From NCBI GenBank assembly GCA_003565735.1, contig PXBB01000002.1, positions 4,477 through 68,476 of the forward strand: a stretch of 64,000 bases of DNA, read 5' to 3'. This document shows positions 42,024 to 51,051 of this stretch, one piece after another (the stretch's first letter is position 1; every line of letters begins with the position of its first letter). The notes below the pieces were generated by a model that did not search any database, was not told the DNA's origin, and worked only from the letters and a program-made list of their open reading frames with translations. Origin of the DNA: Bacteroidales bacterium (GTDB lineage Bacteria; Bacteroidota; Bacteroidia; Bacteroidales; PXBB01). A program made the translations under genes and the position numbers.

Positions 42024-45000
42024 ATGAGTGACGAAAATAACATAGAAGGGGTTTTACATAGCCTGGATGCAGATAATATTCAAAATCTTGATGATTTAAT
42101 CAAGTCGCCGGATAAACTCAAAAAGATTCTTGCCGAGAAAAAAGAAAGGCTCAAGGAGCTAGAAACAATAAATCAAACAACCCGCATATTAAAAGAATCT
42201 AAAGACATTGATGTCATGTTGCGCCAAATATGCGAAATTCTGCCACGCGGCTGGCAGTATCCACGGCATACTGTAGCACGCATCAAATATGGTCGTAACA
42301 TATTTACCAGCATAGGCTTTGAAGAAACAGAATGGCGGCTGATGAAAACCTTTGAAACGGTTGACAACAAGCAGGGTCTTATTGAAATTTTTTACACCAA
42401 GGACTTTGCTTTAGCTGATGAAGGGCCTTTTCTTAAAGAAGAAAGGGAACTCATTAACAATTTGGCAAATATTATTTCCGGCTACCTCAACACTCTGATA
42501 GGTAAAAATTATTTAAAAACCCTCGGCGTAGGCAGTAAGGATAAAAAAGAAAAAACATCTGAAGCACATATGAGCATGCAGCTGCTTCAGAAATTTCTTA
42601 AGAAACATAATTCCGACAGGGATATTTACCACGACTTGATGCCTTTTAAGGTTCGGGAGATTCTGCTTGTAGCTAACCTTTATGATGCATATAGTATAGA
42701 GAAAGAAGGACGCTTTTTCGAACAGGTAACCGGGGAATACTACCAGCTCAACTTATCGTCTGCACCACGCATTACCGGTGTATCGACTCCTGAAGAAGCA
42801 CTCGAAAAAATGCAGTTTAAGCATTATGATTTGATAATAGTTATGATGGGCGTTGATAAAAACACACCCATTGAACTCAGCCAAATTATTAAACAAATAT
42901 ATCCGACTACACCAATTTTTTTGCTACTCAACAACAACAGTGACATATCCTTATTTGAAGACGGACACAAAAAAATATCCTATATTGACAAAGTGTTTGT
43001 CTGGAACGGCGACTCAAAGGTTTTTTTAGCTATGGTAAAATACCTTGAGGATATGCAAAATGTTGAAAATGATGTTGAAATCGGTCTTGTTAGAGTCATT
43101 TTGCTTGTTGAAGACTCAGCGCGCTATTACTCACGTTATTTACCCATCTTGTACGCTATAGTTATAGAACAAACACAAAGGCTTATTGAAGAGGTTAATA
43201 TAAGGGATGAATTGTATAAACTTTTACGCATGCGTGTACGTCCTAAAATATTATTAACATCCACCTACGAGGAAACTGTTTACCTGTTTAATAAATTTAA
43301 AGACAACATGCTTTGTGTCATTTCTGACGTTAAGTTTGAAAGAGGTGGCAAACTTAACGACAGGGCTGGTTTATGTTTGATAAATTATGTCAAAAAACAA
43401 TTAAATGACTTACCAACCCTTTTGCAATCATCCGATCCTGAAAATTCGATGGAAGCCTATAAGCTTAAATCTACTTTTGTAAATAAAAACTCAGACACTC
43501 TCAAGGAAGACCTAAAAAGCTTTATAAGCTATTATTTAGGTTTTGGAAATTTTGTGTACAAGGACGAAGATGGTCGCAGAGAAATAGGCACCGCAACCAA
43601 TATGCTGGAATTTGAAAAGCTTTTAAAAATAATACCTGATGAGTCTTTGGCGTATCATGCACGCCGCAATCATTTTTCGAACTGGATTATGGCCAGAGGC
43701 GAAATTTTTCTGGCAAAAAAAATAAAACCTATGAAAGTGTCTGATTTTGATAGCATCAAAGATGTCAGAAAGTATCTTCTGGACGCTATCGAATCATACC
43801 GCAATGAAAAAAATAAAGGGAAAGTGGTCAATTTTGAGGAAACGGCCTTGATGGACGAAACAACCATAGTGAGCTTAGCTTCCGGCGCACTAGGCGGCAA
43901 AGGACGCGGCTTGTCTTTTATCAGCACTTTGATTCATAACTTTAATTTTTCTGAAATTCTGCCGAATATTAAAATCCGGACACCACGCACTTCAATTATC
44001 GGCACTGATGAATTTGAAGCCTTTATGGAAAGCAATAACCTGAGAGAAAAGGTGTATTACGAAAAAGATTATCAAGTTATCAAAGAGCTTTTTGCAGAAG
44101 GAAAGCTTACAATATCACTCGAACGTAAGCTGCGAAGGTATGTTAAAATTATTAAGAAACCTCTAGCTGTGAGGTCGTCAAGTTTATTTGAAGACTCATT
44201 AATGCAACCTTTTGCGGGCATTTTTGACACTTATCTGTTGCCTAACAATGACGATGATATCAACACACGTTTTAATCAGCTTTCAACAGCTGTAAAACTC
44301 GTTTTTGCATCCATTTTTTCACCTACTGCCCGCGGCTATTTTCAAGCTGTAAATTATAAAATTGAAGAAGAAAAAATGGCTGTTATAATACAAGAGGTTG
44401 TGGGCAATCAGCATAATGATAGCTTTTACCCTCACATCAGTGGTGTTGCTCAGTCGTACAATTTTTATCCGTTTTCTCATATGAAACCCGAAGAGGGTTA
44501 CGCTGTTCTGGCAGTGGGCTTAGGTAAGTATGTCGTAGAGGGCGAAAAAACATACCGTTTTTCACCTAAATACCCCGATCTCGAAATAAATGCGCCTAAA
44601 GATCAGCTAAAAAACTCACAAGTGCACTTTTATGCTGTTGACATGAGCCGTAAAAAGATTAATTTGCTTGACGGTGAAGATGCCGGCTTGATTACACACG
44701 ACATTTATAATGCAGAACAACATGGCACCATAAAACATTGCGTTTCTACATACGACGCCGATAACGAAAGAATAGTTCCGGGTCTTTCGCAGCCTGGACC
44801 CCGTATCATCAACTTTGCAAATATTCTGAAATACGAATACATACCGTTGGCCAAAACGCTTCAAATCATTCTGAATGTCGTTAAAGAGGCTATGGGATCG
44901 CCTGTAGAAATAGAATTTGCAGTGGACCTCAATTTCGACAAAGACTACAGAGCTTCATTCTATCTGCTTCAAATCAAGCCCCTTATTGGCAAAGCTAAAG

Positions 45001-45539
45001 ATTTTGAAATAAAACCTGAAAAGCTGGATAAAGAAAAAATATTGTTGTACACCGAAAAAGGCATGGGCAATGGAGCTATTAAAAACGTGTCTGACATCAT
45101 ATATGTCGAGCCTGATGCTTTTGACAAAACAAAAACAACTGAAATGGCAGCCGAAATAGAAAAAATCAATAAGCACATGATTGAAGAAGGGAAAAAATAT
45201 GTTTTAATAGGTCCCGGACGCTGGGGTACACGCGATCGCTTTATTGGTATTCCGGTTAACTGGACACACATATCTAATGCTAAAGTAATTGTTGAAACCA
45301 GCATGGAGGATTATCCATTAGATGCTTCGCTAGGCTCTCATTTTTTCCATAATGTCACCTCTATGAATGTAGGCTACCTCTCAGTAATACACACTTCTAA
45401 AAACGATTACATCGAATGGGAAAAAATAAAAAAGTTAAATGGAAAAAAAGTGGGAAAATATTTTAAACATATTACTTTTGATGAACCTTTAGAAATACTT
45501 ATGGATGGCAAAAAAAGAATTGCTGTTATTATGTTATAA
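42024..45539 (+). CDS. PEP/pyruvate-binding (PPDK_N-like ATP-grasp) domain protein with N-terminal GAF-like and receiver-like domains, paralog A
   Basis: GWQYP...EGPFLKEE segment; VILLVEDS and VISD receiver-like motifs; GGKGRGL, AVRSSS..ED...FAG, IQEVVG, GLG..VVEG, EIEFA, LQIKP; C-terminal GPGRWG...GSHFFHN. Confidence 0.85.
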   Translation: MSDENNIEGVLHSLDADNIQNLDDLIKSPDKLKKILAEKKERLKELETINQTTRILKESKDIDVMLRQICEILPRGWQYPRHTVARIKYGRNIFTSIGFEETEWRLMKTFETVDNKQGLIEIFYTKDFALADEGPFLKEERELINNLANIISGYLNTLIGKNYLKTLGVGSKDKKEKTSEAHMSMQLLQKFLKKHNSDRDIYHDLMPFKVREILLVANLYDAYSIEKEGRFFEQVTGEYYQLNLSSAPRITGVSTPEEALEKMQFKHYDLIIVMMGVDKNTPIELSQIIKQIYPTTPIFLLLNNNSDISLFEDGHKKISYIDKVFVWNGDSKVFLAMVKYLEDMQNVENDVEIGLVRVILLVEDSARYYSRYLPILYAIVIEQTQRLIEEVNIRDELYKLLRMRVRPKILLTSTYEETVYLFNKFKDNMLCVISDVKFERGGKLNDRAGLCLINYVKKQLNDLPTLLQSSDPENSMEAYKLKSTFVNKNSDTLKEDLKSFISYYLGFGNFVYKDEDGRREIGTATNMLEFEKLLKIIPDESLAYHARRNHFSNWIMARGEIFLAKKIKPMKVSDFDSIKDVRKYLLDAIESYRNEKNKGKVVNFEETALMDETTIVSLASGALGGKGRGLSFISTLIHNFNFSEILPNIKIRTPRTSIIGTDEFEAFMESNNLREKVYYEKDYQVIKELFAEGKLTISLERKLRRYVKIIKKPLAVRSSSLFEDSLMQPFAGIFDTYLLPNNDDDINTRFNQLSTAVKLVFASIFSPTARGYFQAVNYKIEEEKMAVIIQEVVGNQHNDSFYPHISGVAQSYNFYPFSHMKPEEGYAVLAVGLGKYVVEGEKTYRFSPKYPDLEINAPKDQLKNSQVHFYAVDMSRKKINLLDGEDAGLITHDIYNAEQHGTIKHCVSTYDADNERIVPGLSQPGPRIINFANILKYEYIPLAKTLQIILNVVKEAMGSPVEIEFAVDLNFDKDYRASFYLLQIKPLIGKAKDFEIKPEKLDKEKILLYTEKGMGNGAIKNVSDIIYVEPDAFDKTKTTEMAAEIEKINKHMIEEGKKYVLIGPGRWGTRDRFIGIPVNWTHISNAKVIVETSMEDYPLDASLGSHFFHNVTSMNVGYLSVIHTSKNDYIEWEKIKKLNGKKVGKYFKHITFDEPLEILMDGKKRIAVIML

Positions 45540-45609
45540 TCCGGGCATATTAGTAAAAATGATTTCAGGTAAACAGCTTTTAAATATAATTATACTTTAA
45601 TAAATATCA

Positions 45610-48600
45610 ATGAAATACATAGAAAACATCAACGAATTTCAATTTACTGAAACGGCATTTAAGAAATTAATGCAAAAGCGTATAAGAAATATTCTTATTA
45701 TTTGCAGTAAGTACGATTATTTTATGCTTGAGGAAGACGGGCGTATTGATGAGCAGATTTTTAACGAATACGTTTCACTCAATTTACGTTATCCACCTAC
45801 ATTTATACAAGCCTCAAACTGGGAAGAAGCCTCAAAGCTGCTCGAAAATTCGCAGATAGACCTTATAATCAACATGCTAAGCACGGGCAACATTGATCCT
45901 TTTGATTTGTCACGAAAAATTAAAAACTACTATCCCAACAAACCTATTGTGGTTCTCACTCCATTTTCAAGAGAAGTTCTTATGCGCCTTCACCGCGAGG
46001 ATTTAAGCGCCATTGATTATGTGTTCTCCTGGCTGGGCAATGCGGATATTTTGTTGGCTATCATAAAACTTATTGAGGATAAAATGAACGCCCCCAATGA
46101 TATTGAAGAAATTGGTGTTCAGAGCATTATACTGGTTGAAGACAATATCAGGTTTTACTCAAGCTACTTGCCAATCATATACAAAATTCTTTTCCGTCAG
46201 TCTAAAGCGCTTATGACAGAAGGTCTCAACGAGCACCAAAAAATGCTGCGCATGCGTGGCAGGCCCAAAATATTGCTGGCTACCAATTATGAAATGGCTA
46301 CTGCTTTTTACGAAAAATACAAACACAATTTACTGGGTGTCATTTCTGATATTAGTTACAAGCGCGAAGGCTCCCTTGATTCGAAAGCAGGCATCAGTTT
46401 GTGCGAAAAAATTAAAAATGAAGACGACCGTATTACCTTCCTCCTCCAATCCTCTGACAGTTCTTTTGAGGAAGTTGCACTCAAAATGAAAGTAGGGTTT
46501 ATTCATAAACACTCTAAAACGCTGTTGCAGGATTTAAAGCAATTTATAATAGAATACTTTTCTTTTGGGGATTTTGTTTTTCGTACCCCCGACACACTTC
46601 AAGAAATTACCAGGGCAGCCGACTTACATTCACTACAAAATAAAATTTTCACTATCCCTGATGAATCTTTAGACTATCACATTAAGCGTAATGATTTTTC
46701 GAAATGGCTTACAGCTCGTGCTTTATTCCCATTAGCAGAGCTCTTCAAGCCGGTCTCTCACGAAGCATTTCAAAACTTACAGGAAGTACGTGAATATTTG
46801 TTCGATGCCATAGAACACTTTAGAATTACCAAAGGCCGTGGTGTTATTGGCAAATTTGAAAAATCAAAATTTAATAAATACATCCTTTTTTCTCGTATAG
46901 GCGAAGGCTCTATTGGAGGCAAAGCAAGAGGACTTGCTTTCATGAACAGCCTCATTAAAGATAATAAACTGTACAATAAATACGAAAACACGATTATTAC
47001 CATCCCTAAAACTGTTGTGCTGAGTACGGATGTGTTTGATGAGTTTATGGAAGCCAACAATCTGTATAGCATAGCCCTATCTGACTTAAGCGATGAAGAA
47101 ATATTACAGCACTTTATTAATGCGCGTTTACCATTTCGCATTCATGAAGATTTGTTATCCTATTTGTCCGTTGTCAAAAACCCTATAGCTGTACGCTCCT
47201 CAAGCCTCCTTGAAGACTCACACTATCAACCATTTGCCGGTGTCTATTCAACCTATATGATACCAAAGCTAAACGACGACATCATACGTATGGTCGAAAT
47301 GCTATCACAAGCAATTAAAGCCGTATATGCTTCGGTATTTTACAAGTCGAGCAAATCTTATATGGCTGCAACACATAACTTAATAGATGAGGAAAAAATG
47401 TCTATTGTGTTACAAGAAGTTTGTGGTAATCAATATGGCAACATATTTTATCCAACAATTTCTGGTGTTGCACGTTCAGTAAACTTTTATCCTATTGGGC
47501 CCGAGTCGCCCGAAGATGGCATAGCCAATATTGCCTATGGTTTAGGAAAAGTTATTGTAGAAGGTGGTGTGTGTATGCGCTTTAGCCCTAAATATCCCCG
47601 AAATGTTTTGCAACTGTCATCCCCCGAATATGCCCTGCGCGATACACAAAAAAAATTTTTGGCGCTCAACCTTGACCCTGATAATTTTAAACCATCGAAA
47701 GAGGAAGATATCAACTTGATTGAATCGCGTATCAAAGAAGCTGAAAAACATGCTTCCTTCAAGTATGTGGCATCAACCTACGACTATCATTCAAACATGG
47801 TGCGCGACGGCATAGCAGAAGGGGGCAAAAAAATTGTAACATTCTCTAACATTTTAAACCACAACCTGATGCCCATGGCAGAAATTATTGACAACTTTCT
47901 GCAAATCAGCAAAAAAGAAATGAATAATCATGTTGAAATAGAGTTTGCTGTTAACTTAGACACACCAAAAGGTAAACCATACATTTTTAACTTTTTGCAA
48001 ATCAGGCCTATAGTTCAAAACTTTGAAATTGCTAACATTAACATTGATAAAATCAATCAAAATGAAACAATAGTATTTTCAGAAGCGGCATTAGGCAATG
48101 GTGTTATTGAGGGCTTAAGGGATATTGTCTATATAAAACCGGAAACATTTAACCCTTCTAATACAATTGAGATGGCAGATGCTGTTAACAGTATTAATGA
48201 ATCTTTTCTTGATAAAAACAGCAACTACATCCTTATTGGGCCAGGGCGTTGGGGTTCGAGCGACCCTTGGTTAGGAATACCTGTTAAATGGGCACAAATT
48301 TCTGCCGCCAGAGTTATTATTGAAGCCGGTCTCGAAAATTACCGTATTGACCCCAGCCAAGGCACGCATTTTTTTCAAAACCTAACCTCTTTCCGTGTGG
48401 GTTATTTTACTATTAACCCATTCAACAACGACGGCTTTTATGACCTTGATTATCTTAAGGGCTTAGAAACTGTCAGCGAAAATAAATATCTTCGACATGT
48501 ACGCACACCGAAAGCGGTTTCTGTCAGAATTGACGGTAAAAATAATATTGGTGTTATTTACAAACCGGAATACTCAAAAAAAAGCAAATGCAAGAATTAA
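45610..48600 (+). CDS. PEP/pyruvate-binding (PPDK_N-like) domain protein with receiver-like domains, paralog B
   Basis: IILVEDN, VISD; GGKARGL, AVRSSSLLED...FAG, EIEFAV, LQIRP; GPGRWG...GTHFFQN. Stop codon overlaps the convergent bioF stop (TTAA). Confidence 0.87.
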   Translation: MKYIENINEFQFTETAFKKLMQKRIRNILIICSKYDYFMLEEDGRIDEQIFNEYVSLNLRYPPTFIQASNWEEASKLLENSQIDLIINMLSTGNIDPFDLSRKIKNYYPNKPIVVLTPFSREVLMRLHREDLSAIDYVFSWLGNADILLAIIKLIEDKMNAPNDIEEIGVQSIILVEDNIRFYSSYLPIIYKILFRQSKALMTEGLNEHQKMLRMRGRPKILLATNYEMATAFYEKYKHNLLGVISDISYKREGSLDSKAGISLCEKIKNEDDRITFLLQSSDSSFEEVALKMKVGFIHKHSKTLLQDLKQFIIEYFSFGDFVFRTPDTLQEITRAADLHSLQNKIFTIPDESLDYHIKRNDFSKWLTARALFPLAELFKPVSHEAFQNLQEVREYLFDAIEHFRITKGRGVIGKFEKSKFNKYILFSRIGEGSIGGKARGLAFMNSLIKDNKLYNKYENTIITIPKTVVLSTDVFDEFMEANNLYSIALSDLSDEEILQHFINARLPFRIHEDLLSYLSVVKNPIAVRSSSLLEDSHYQPFAGVYSTYMIPKLNDDIIRMVEMLSQAIKAVYASVFYKSSKSYMAATHNLIDEEKMSIVLQEVCGNQYGNIFYPTISGVARSVNFYPIGPESPEDGIANIAYGLGKVIVEGGVCMRFSPKYPRNVLQLSSPEYALRDTQKKFLALNLDPDNFKPSKEEDINLIESRIKEAEKHASFKYVASTYDYHSNMVRDGIAEGGKKIVTFSNILNHNLMPMAEIIDNFLQISKKEMNNHVEIEFAVNLDTPKGKPYIFNFLQIRPIVQNFEIANINIDKINQNETIVFSEAALGNGVIEGLRDIVYIKPETFNPSNTIEMADAVNSINESFLDKNSNYILIGPGRWGSSDPWLGIPVKWAQISAARVIIEAGLENYRIDPSQGTHFFQNLTSFRVGYFTINPFNNDGFYDLDYLKGLETVSENKYLRHVRTPKAVSVRIDGKNNIGVIYKPEYSKKSKCKN

Positions 48601-49748
48601 TGCTTAATTGCTGAAAGAAGTGTTTGAGCTAATGCAGCTATTTCAACTCTGGTATTAAATGCATGCAAACAAATTCTGATACGTTCTTTTCCCTGCGATA
48701 CAGTAGGGCTGAGAATGGGTTTTACGTATAAATTTTCTGCCTCTAACAAAGCCGCTGTTTTTTTAACGGCATCATTACCCGGAACTATAAAACATTGTAT
48801 AGGACTGTTACTTTCTATATAGTTTTTGGGCAGCAAACAATGATTTTCAGGACTGATTTTTTGCTTGAAATAAGCAATATTTTCATGTAGTCTGTTCGTA
48901 TAATCACTCTTTTCATTAAGCAGATCGTATGCAGCTTTAACAAACATGTGAGCATGAACAGGCAAAGCTGTGGTATAAATAAATGAACGGGCAAAGTTGA
49001 TAAGAAAAGTTCGTAAGGCTTTACTCCCTAACACTATTGCTCCATGACATCCCAGAGCTTTACCAAAAGTATGAATTCGTGCAAATATATCATTTTCAAG
49101 TTCATAGTGGGCAACCAAGCCCCTACCCTTAAGGCCAAATACTCCCGTTGCATGAGCTTCATCAACAACTAACAGGGCATTTTGTCTTTTGCACAACTTA
49201 ATCAGCTCGGTTAGTGGGGCCGTATCGCCATCCATTGAATATACAGACTCAACAACTACGTAAACCTGTCCTTTAGCCACCGGCCACCTGTTCATAAGGT
49301 GTTCCAGGCTGTTGTGTTCAAAAGCATAGCTTTGCGCAAATCCAATTCTGATCCCATCACGAATTGATGCATGCACATGTGCATCATAGAAAACAGTATC
49401 GCCTCTTTGAGGCACAGAAGAGAAGAATCCAATATTCGCATCATAGCCGGAATTAAAAATCAGACCTGCTTCCGATCCATGAAAATCAGCAATATAATTT
49501 TCAAGCGACTCTGTAAAAGCACTATTTCCGGTTATAAGTCTCGAACCGGTTGATCCTGCATACCTGCCCTCTTGATATTGCGAGCAATAGTACTGGTATT
49601 TTTCATACAACTCAGACGATTGTGCAAAGCCTAAATAATCATTAGAACAAAAATCTATGGCATCGGGTTTTATTGAAAGTTTTCTGAGTGCATTTGCAGC
49701 TTTACGCATTTCTATTTTGCGTGCGAGATTTTCTGAAAAGAAAGACAT
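48597..49748 (-). CDS. bioF: 8-amino-7-oxononanoate synthase
   Basis: DFCSNDYLG, GSTGSRLITG, SGYDAN, HASI.DG, ESVYSMDGD, DEAHA, TFGKALG (PLP Lys). Confidence 0.92.
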   Translation of the reverse strand: MSFFSENLARKIEMRKAANALRKLSIKPDAIDFCSNDYLGFAQSSELYEKYQYYCSQYQEGRYAGSTGSRLITGNSAFTESLENYIADFHGSEAGLIFNSGYDANIGFFSSVPQRGDTVFYDAHVHASIRDGIRIGFAQSYAFEHNSLEHLMNRWPVAKGQVYVVVESVYSMDGDTAPLTELIKLCKRQNALLVVDEAHATGVFGLKGRGLVAHYELENDIFARIHTFGKALGCHGAIVLGSKALRTFLINFARSFIYTTALPVHAHMFVKAAYDLLNEKSDYTNRLHENIAYFKQKISPENHCLLPKNYIESNSPIQCFIVPGNDAVKKTAALLEAENLYVKPILSPTVSQGKERIRICLHAFNTRVEIAALAQTLLSAIKH

Positions 49749-49757
49749 ATATTGTTG

Positions 49758-50708
49758 TTAAATAAGCTTGACTCCTAATTTTTCCAACATCTTCAGGTCT
49801 TCATCTGGGCTTGTGTTAGAGGTGGTCAGTAGTTTTTCACCAATAAAAATGGCATTGACGCCTGCAAGAAAACACAAAGCCTGTTCAGCTTCACCCATCT
49901 CCCGACGGCCTGCTGCAAGGCTGATATTTGTTTTAGGCATTATTATGCGCGTGGTTGCTACCATACGTACCATCTCCATAGCGTCTATAGGTTTTAAGTC
50001 GGCGAAAGGCGTACCTTCAACAGGAACCAGAATATTAAGTGGCACAGTGAATGGTTGTTTTTTCAAAGTAGCCAGTGCATACAACATAGACACTCTGTCT
50101 TCAGCACTTTCGCCCATGCCTATTATACCTCCTGAACAAATATTAACACCGCTATTAGACAGCTTGTTAAGTGTTTCTATGCGCTCTTTAAAAGTTCTGG
50201 ATGTTATTACTTTTGGGTAAAAAGATTCTGATGTATCAATATTGTGATTGTAAGCTTTGATACCACTTTTATACAAAGCATCGGCTTGTTTTTCATTAAC
50301 TTTACCCATTGTCAAACACACATCCATTCCCAAGTCTTTAACGGTCTTAATCATTTCCAGGACGCTTTCAAAAGCTTTCCCTGAGGGCAACTCTTTGTAG
50401 GATGCACTTAAACAAACCCTGCTCAACCCGCTATTCTTGGCTTTTAAAGCTAACTGACGTACCTCTTCCTTTTTTAGCATTTTTGGGGAATCCAAGCCGG
50501 TATTGTAAAGTGACGATTGCGCACAGTAGGCACAGTTTTCTACGCAGTTACCGGTCTTTACAGATATAAGCCTGCTGGCTTTAACCTCATATGAGTTGTG
50601 GTTTTGCCGATGCACTTGAGAAGCCCTAAACACCAACTCCAGTAAAGGCGTATGGTATATCTCCCTAACTTTTTTTAAGCTTAAAGGTAATGTGGCATTA
50701 AATACCAT
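49758..50708 (-). CDS. bioB: Biotin synthase (radical SAM)
   Basis: SVKTGNCVENCAYCAQS (CxxxCxxC), YNHNIDTS, CSGGIIGMGE, AAGR, CFLAG.NAIF.GEKLLTT. Start MVFNA follows a TAATTTTG promoter element. Confidence 0.95.
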   Translation of the reverse strand: MVFNATLPLSLKKVREIYHTPLLELVFRASQVHRQNHNSYEVKASRLISVKTGNCVENCAYCAQSSLYNTGLDSPKMLKKEEVRQLALKAKNSGLSRVCLSASYKELPSGKAFESVLEMIKTVKDLGMDVCLTMGKVNEKQADALYKSGIKAYNHNIDTSESFYPKVITSRTFKERIETLNKLSNSGVNICSGGIIGMGESAEDRVSMLYALATLKKQPFTVPLNILVPVEGTPFADLKPIDAMEMVRMVATTRIIMPKTNISLAAGRREMGEAEQALCFLAGVNAIFIGEKLLTTSNTSPDEDLKMLEKLGVKLI

Positions 50709-50996
50709 GTTTTTTATTTTTTTTGCAAAATTACTCATTTTTTTTCAGTAGTACCCGACTAATTTTGTAATACGCTTCGTTTGATACAGGGGCTACCTAT
50801 ATTATGCCCCTATGTACCGGAGGCAGGCCTTGGGGGAACGCTGTCATTGCTGTTTTATTGAGTTTTTTTTAAAAAGTCCCACCCCTCAAGAATGGCAGGC
50901 GTTTGTGGGTAGCAATTTACCGGACAGGTAGGTAATGTTCTGCAGAATTCAGGTTTAACAATTGTCTGCCTCAAAGAAGTTGATACTGCCACTTAT

Positions 50997-51028
50997 AAAA
51001 AAAAGCCGCCCTTTCAGAGGCGGCTTTT
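50997..51028 (-). terminator. Rho-independent terminator after the T9SS adhesin gene
   Basis: AAAAAAAAGCCGCC-ctttcaga-GGCGGCTTTT. Confidence 0.85.
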
Positions 51029-51051
51029 ATAATTAAGAAATTTTACGCTCC

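Noticed and set aside
42024-48600. Annotating the two large proteins as ppsA/ppdK
   Set aside because: They lack the C-terminal PEP/pyruvate-binding barrel and carry receiver-like domains
50745-50995. SAM or other riboswitch upstream of bioB
   Set aside because: No recognisable aptamer consensus on the minus strand, and the promoter element lies downstream of the tract
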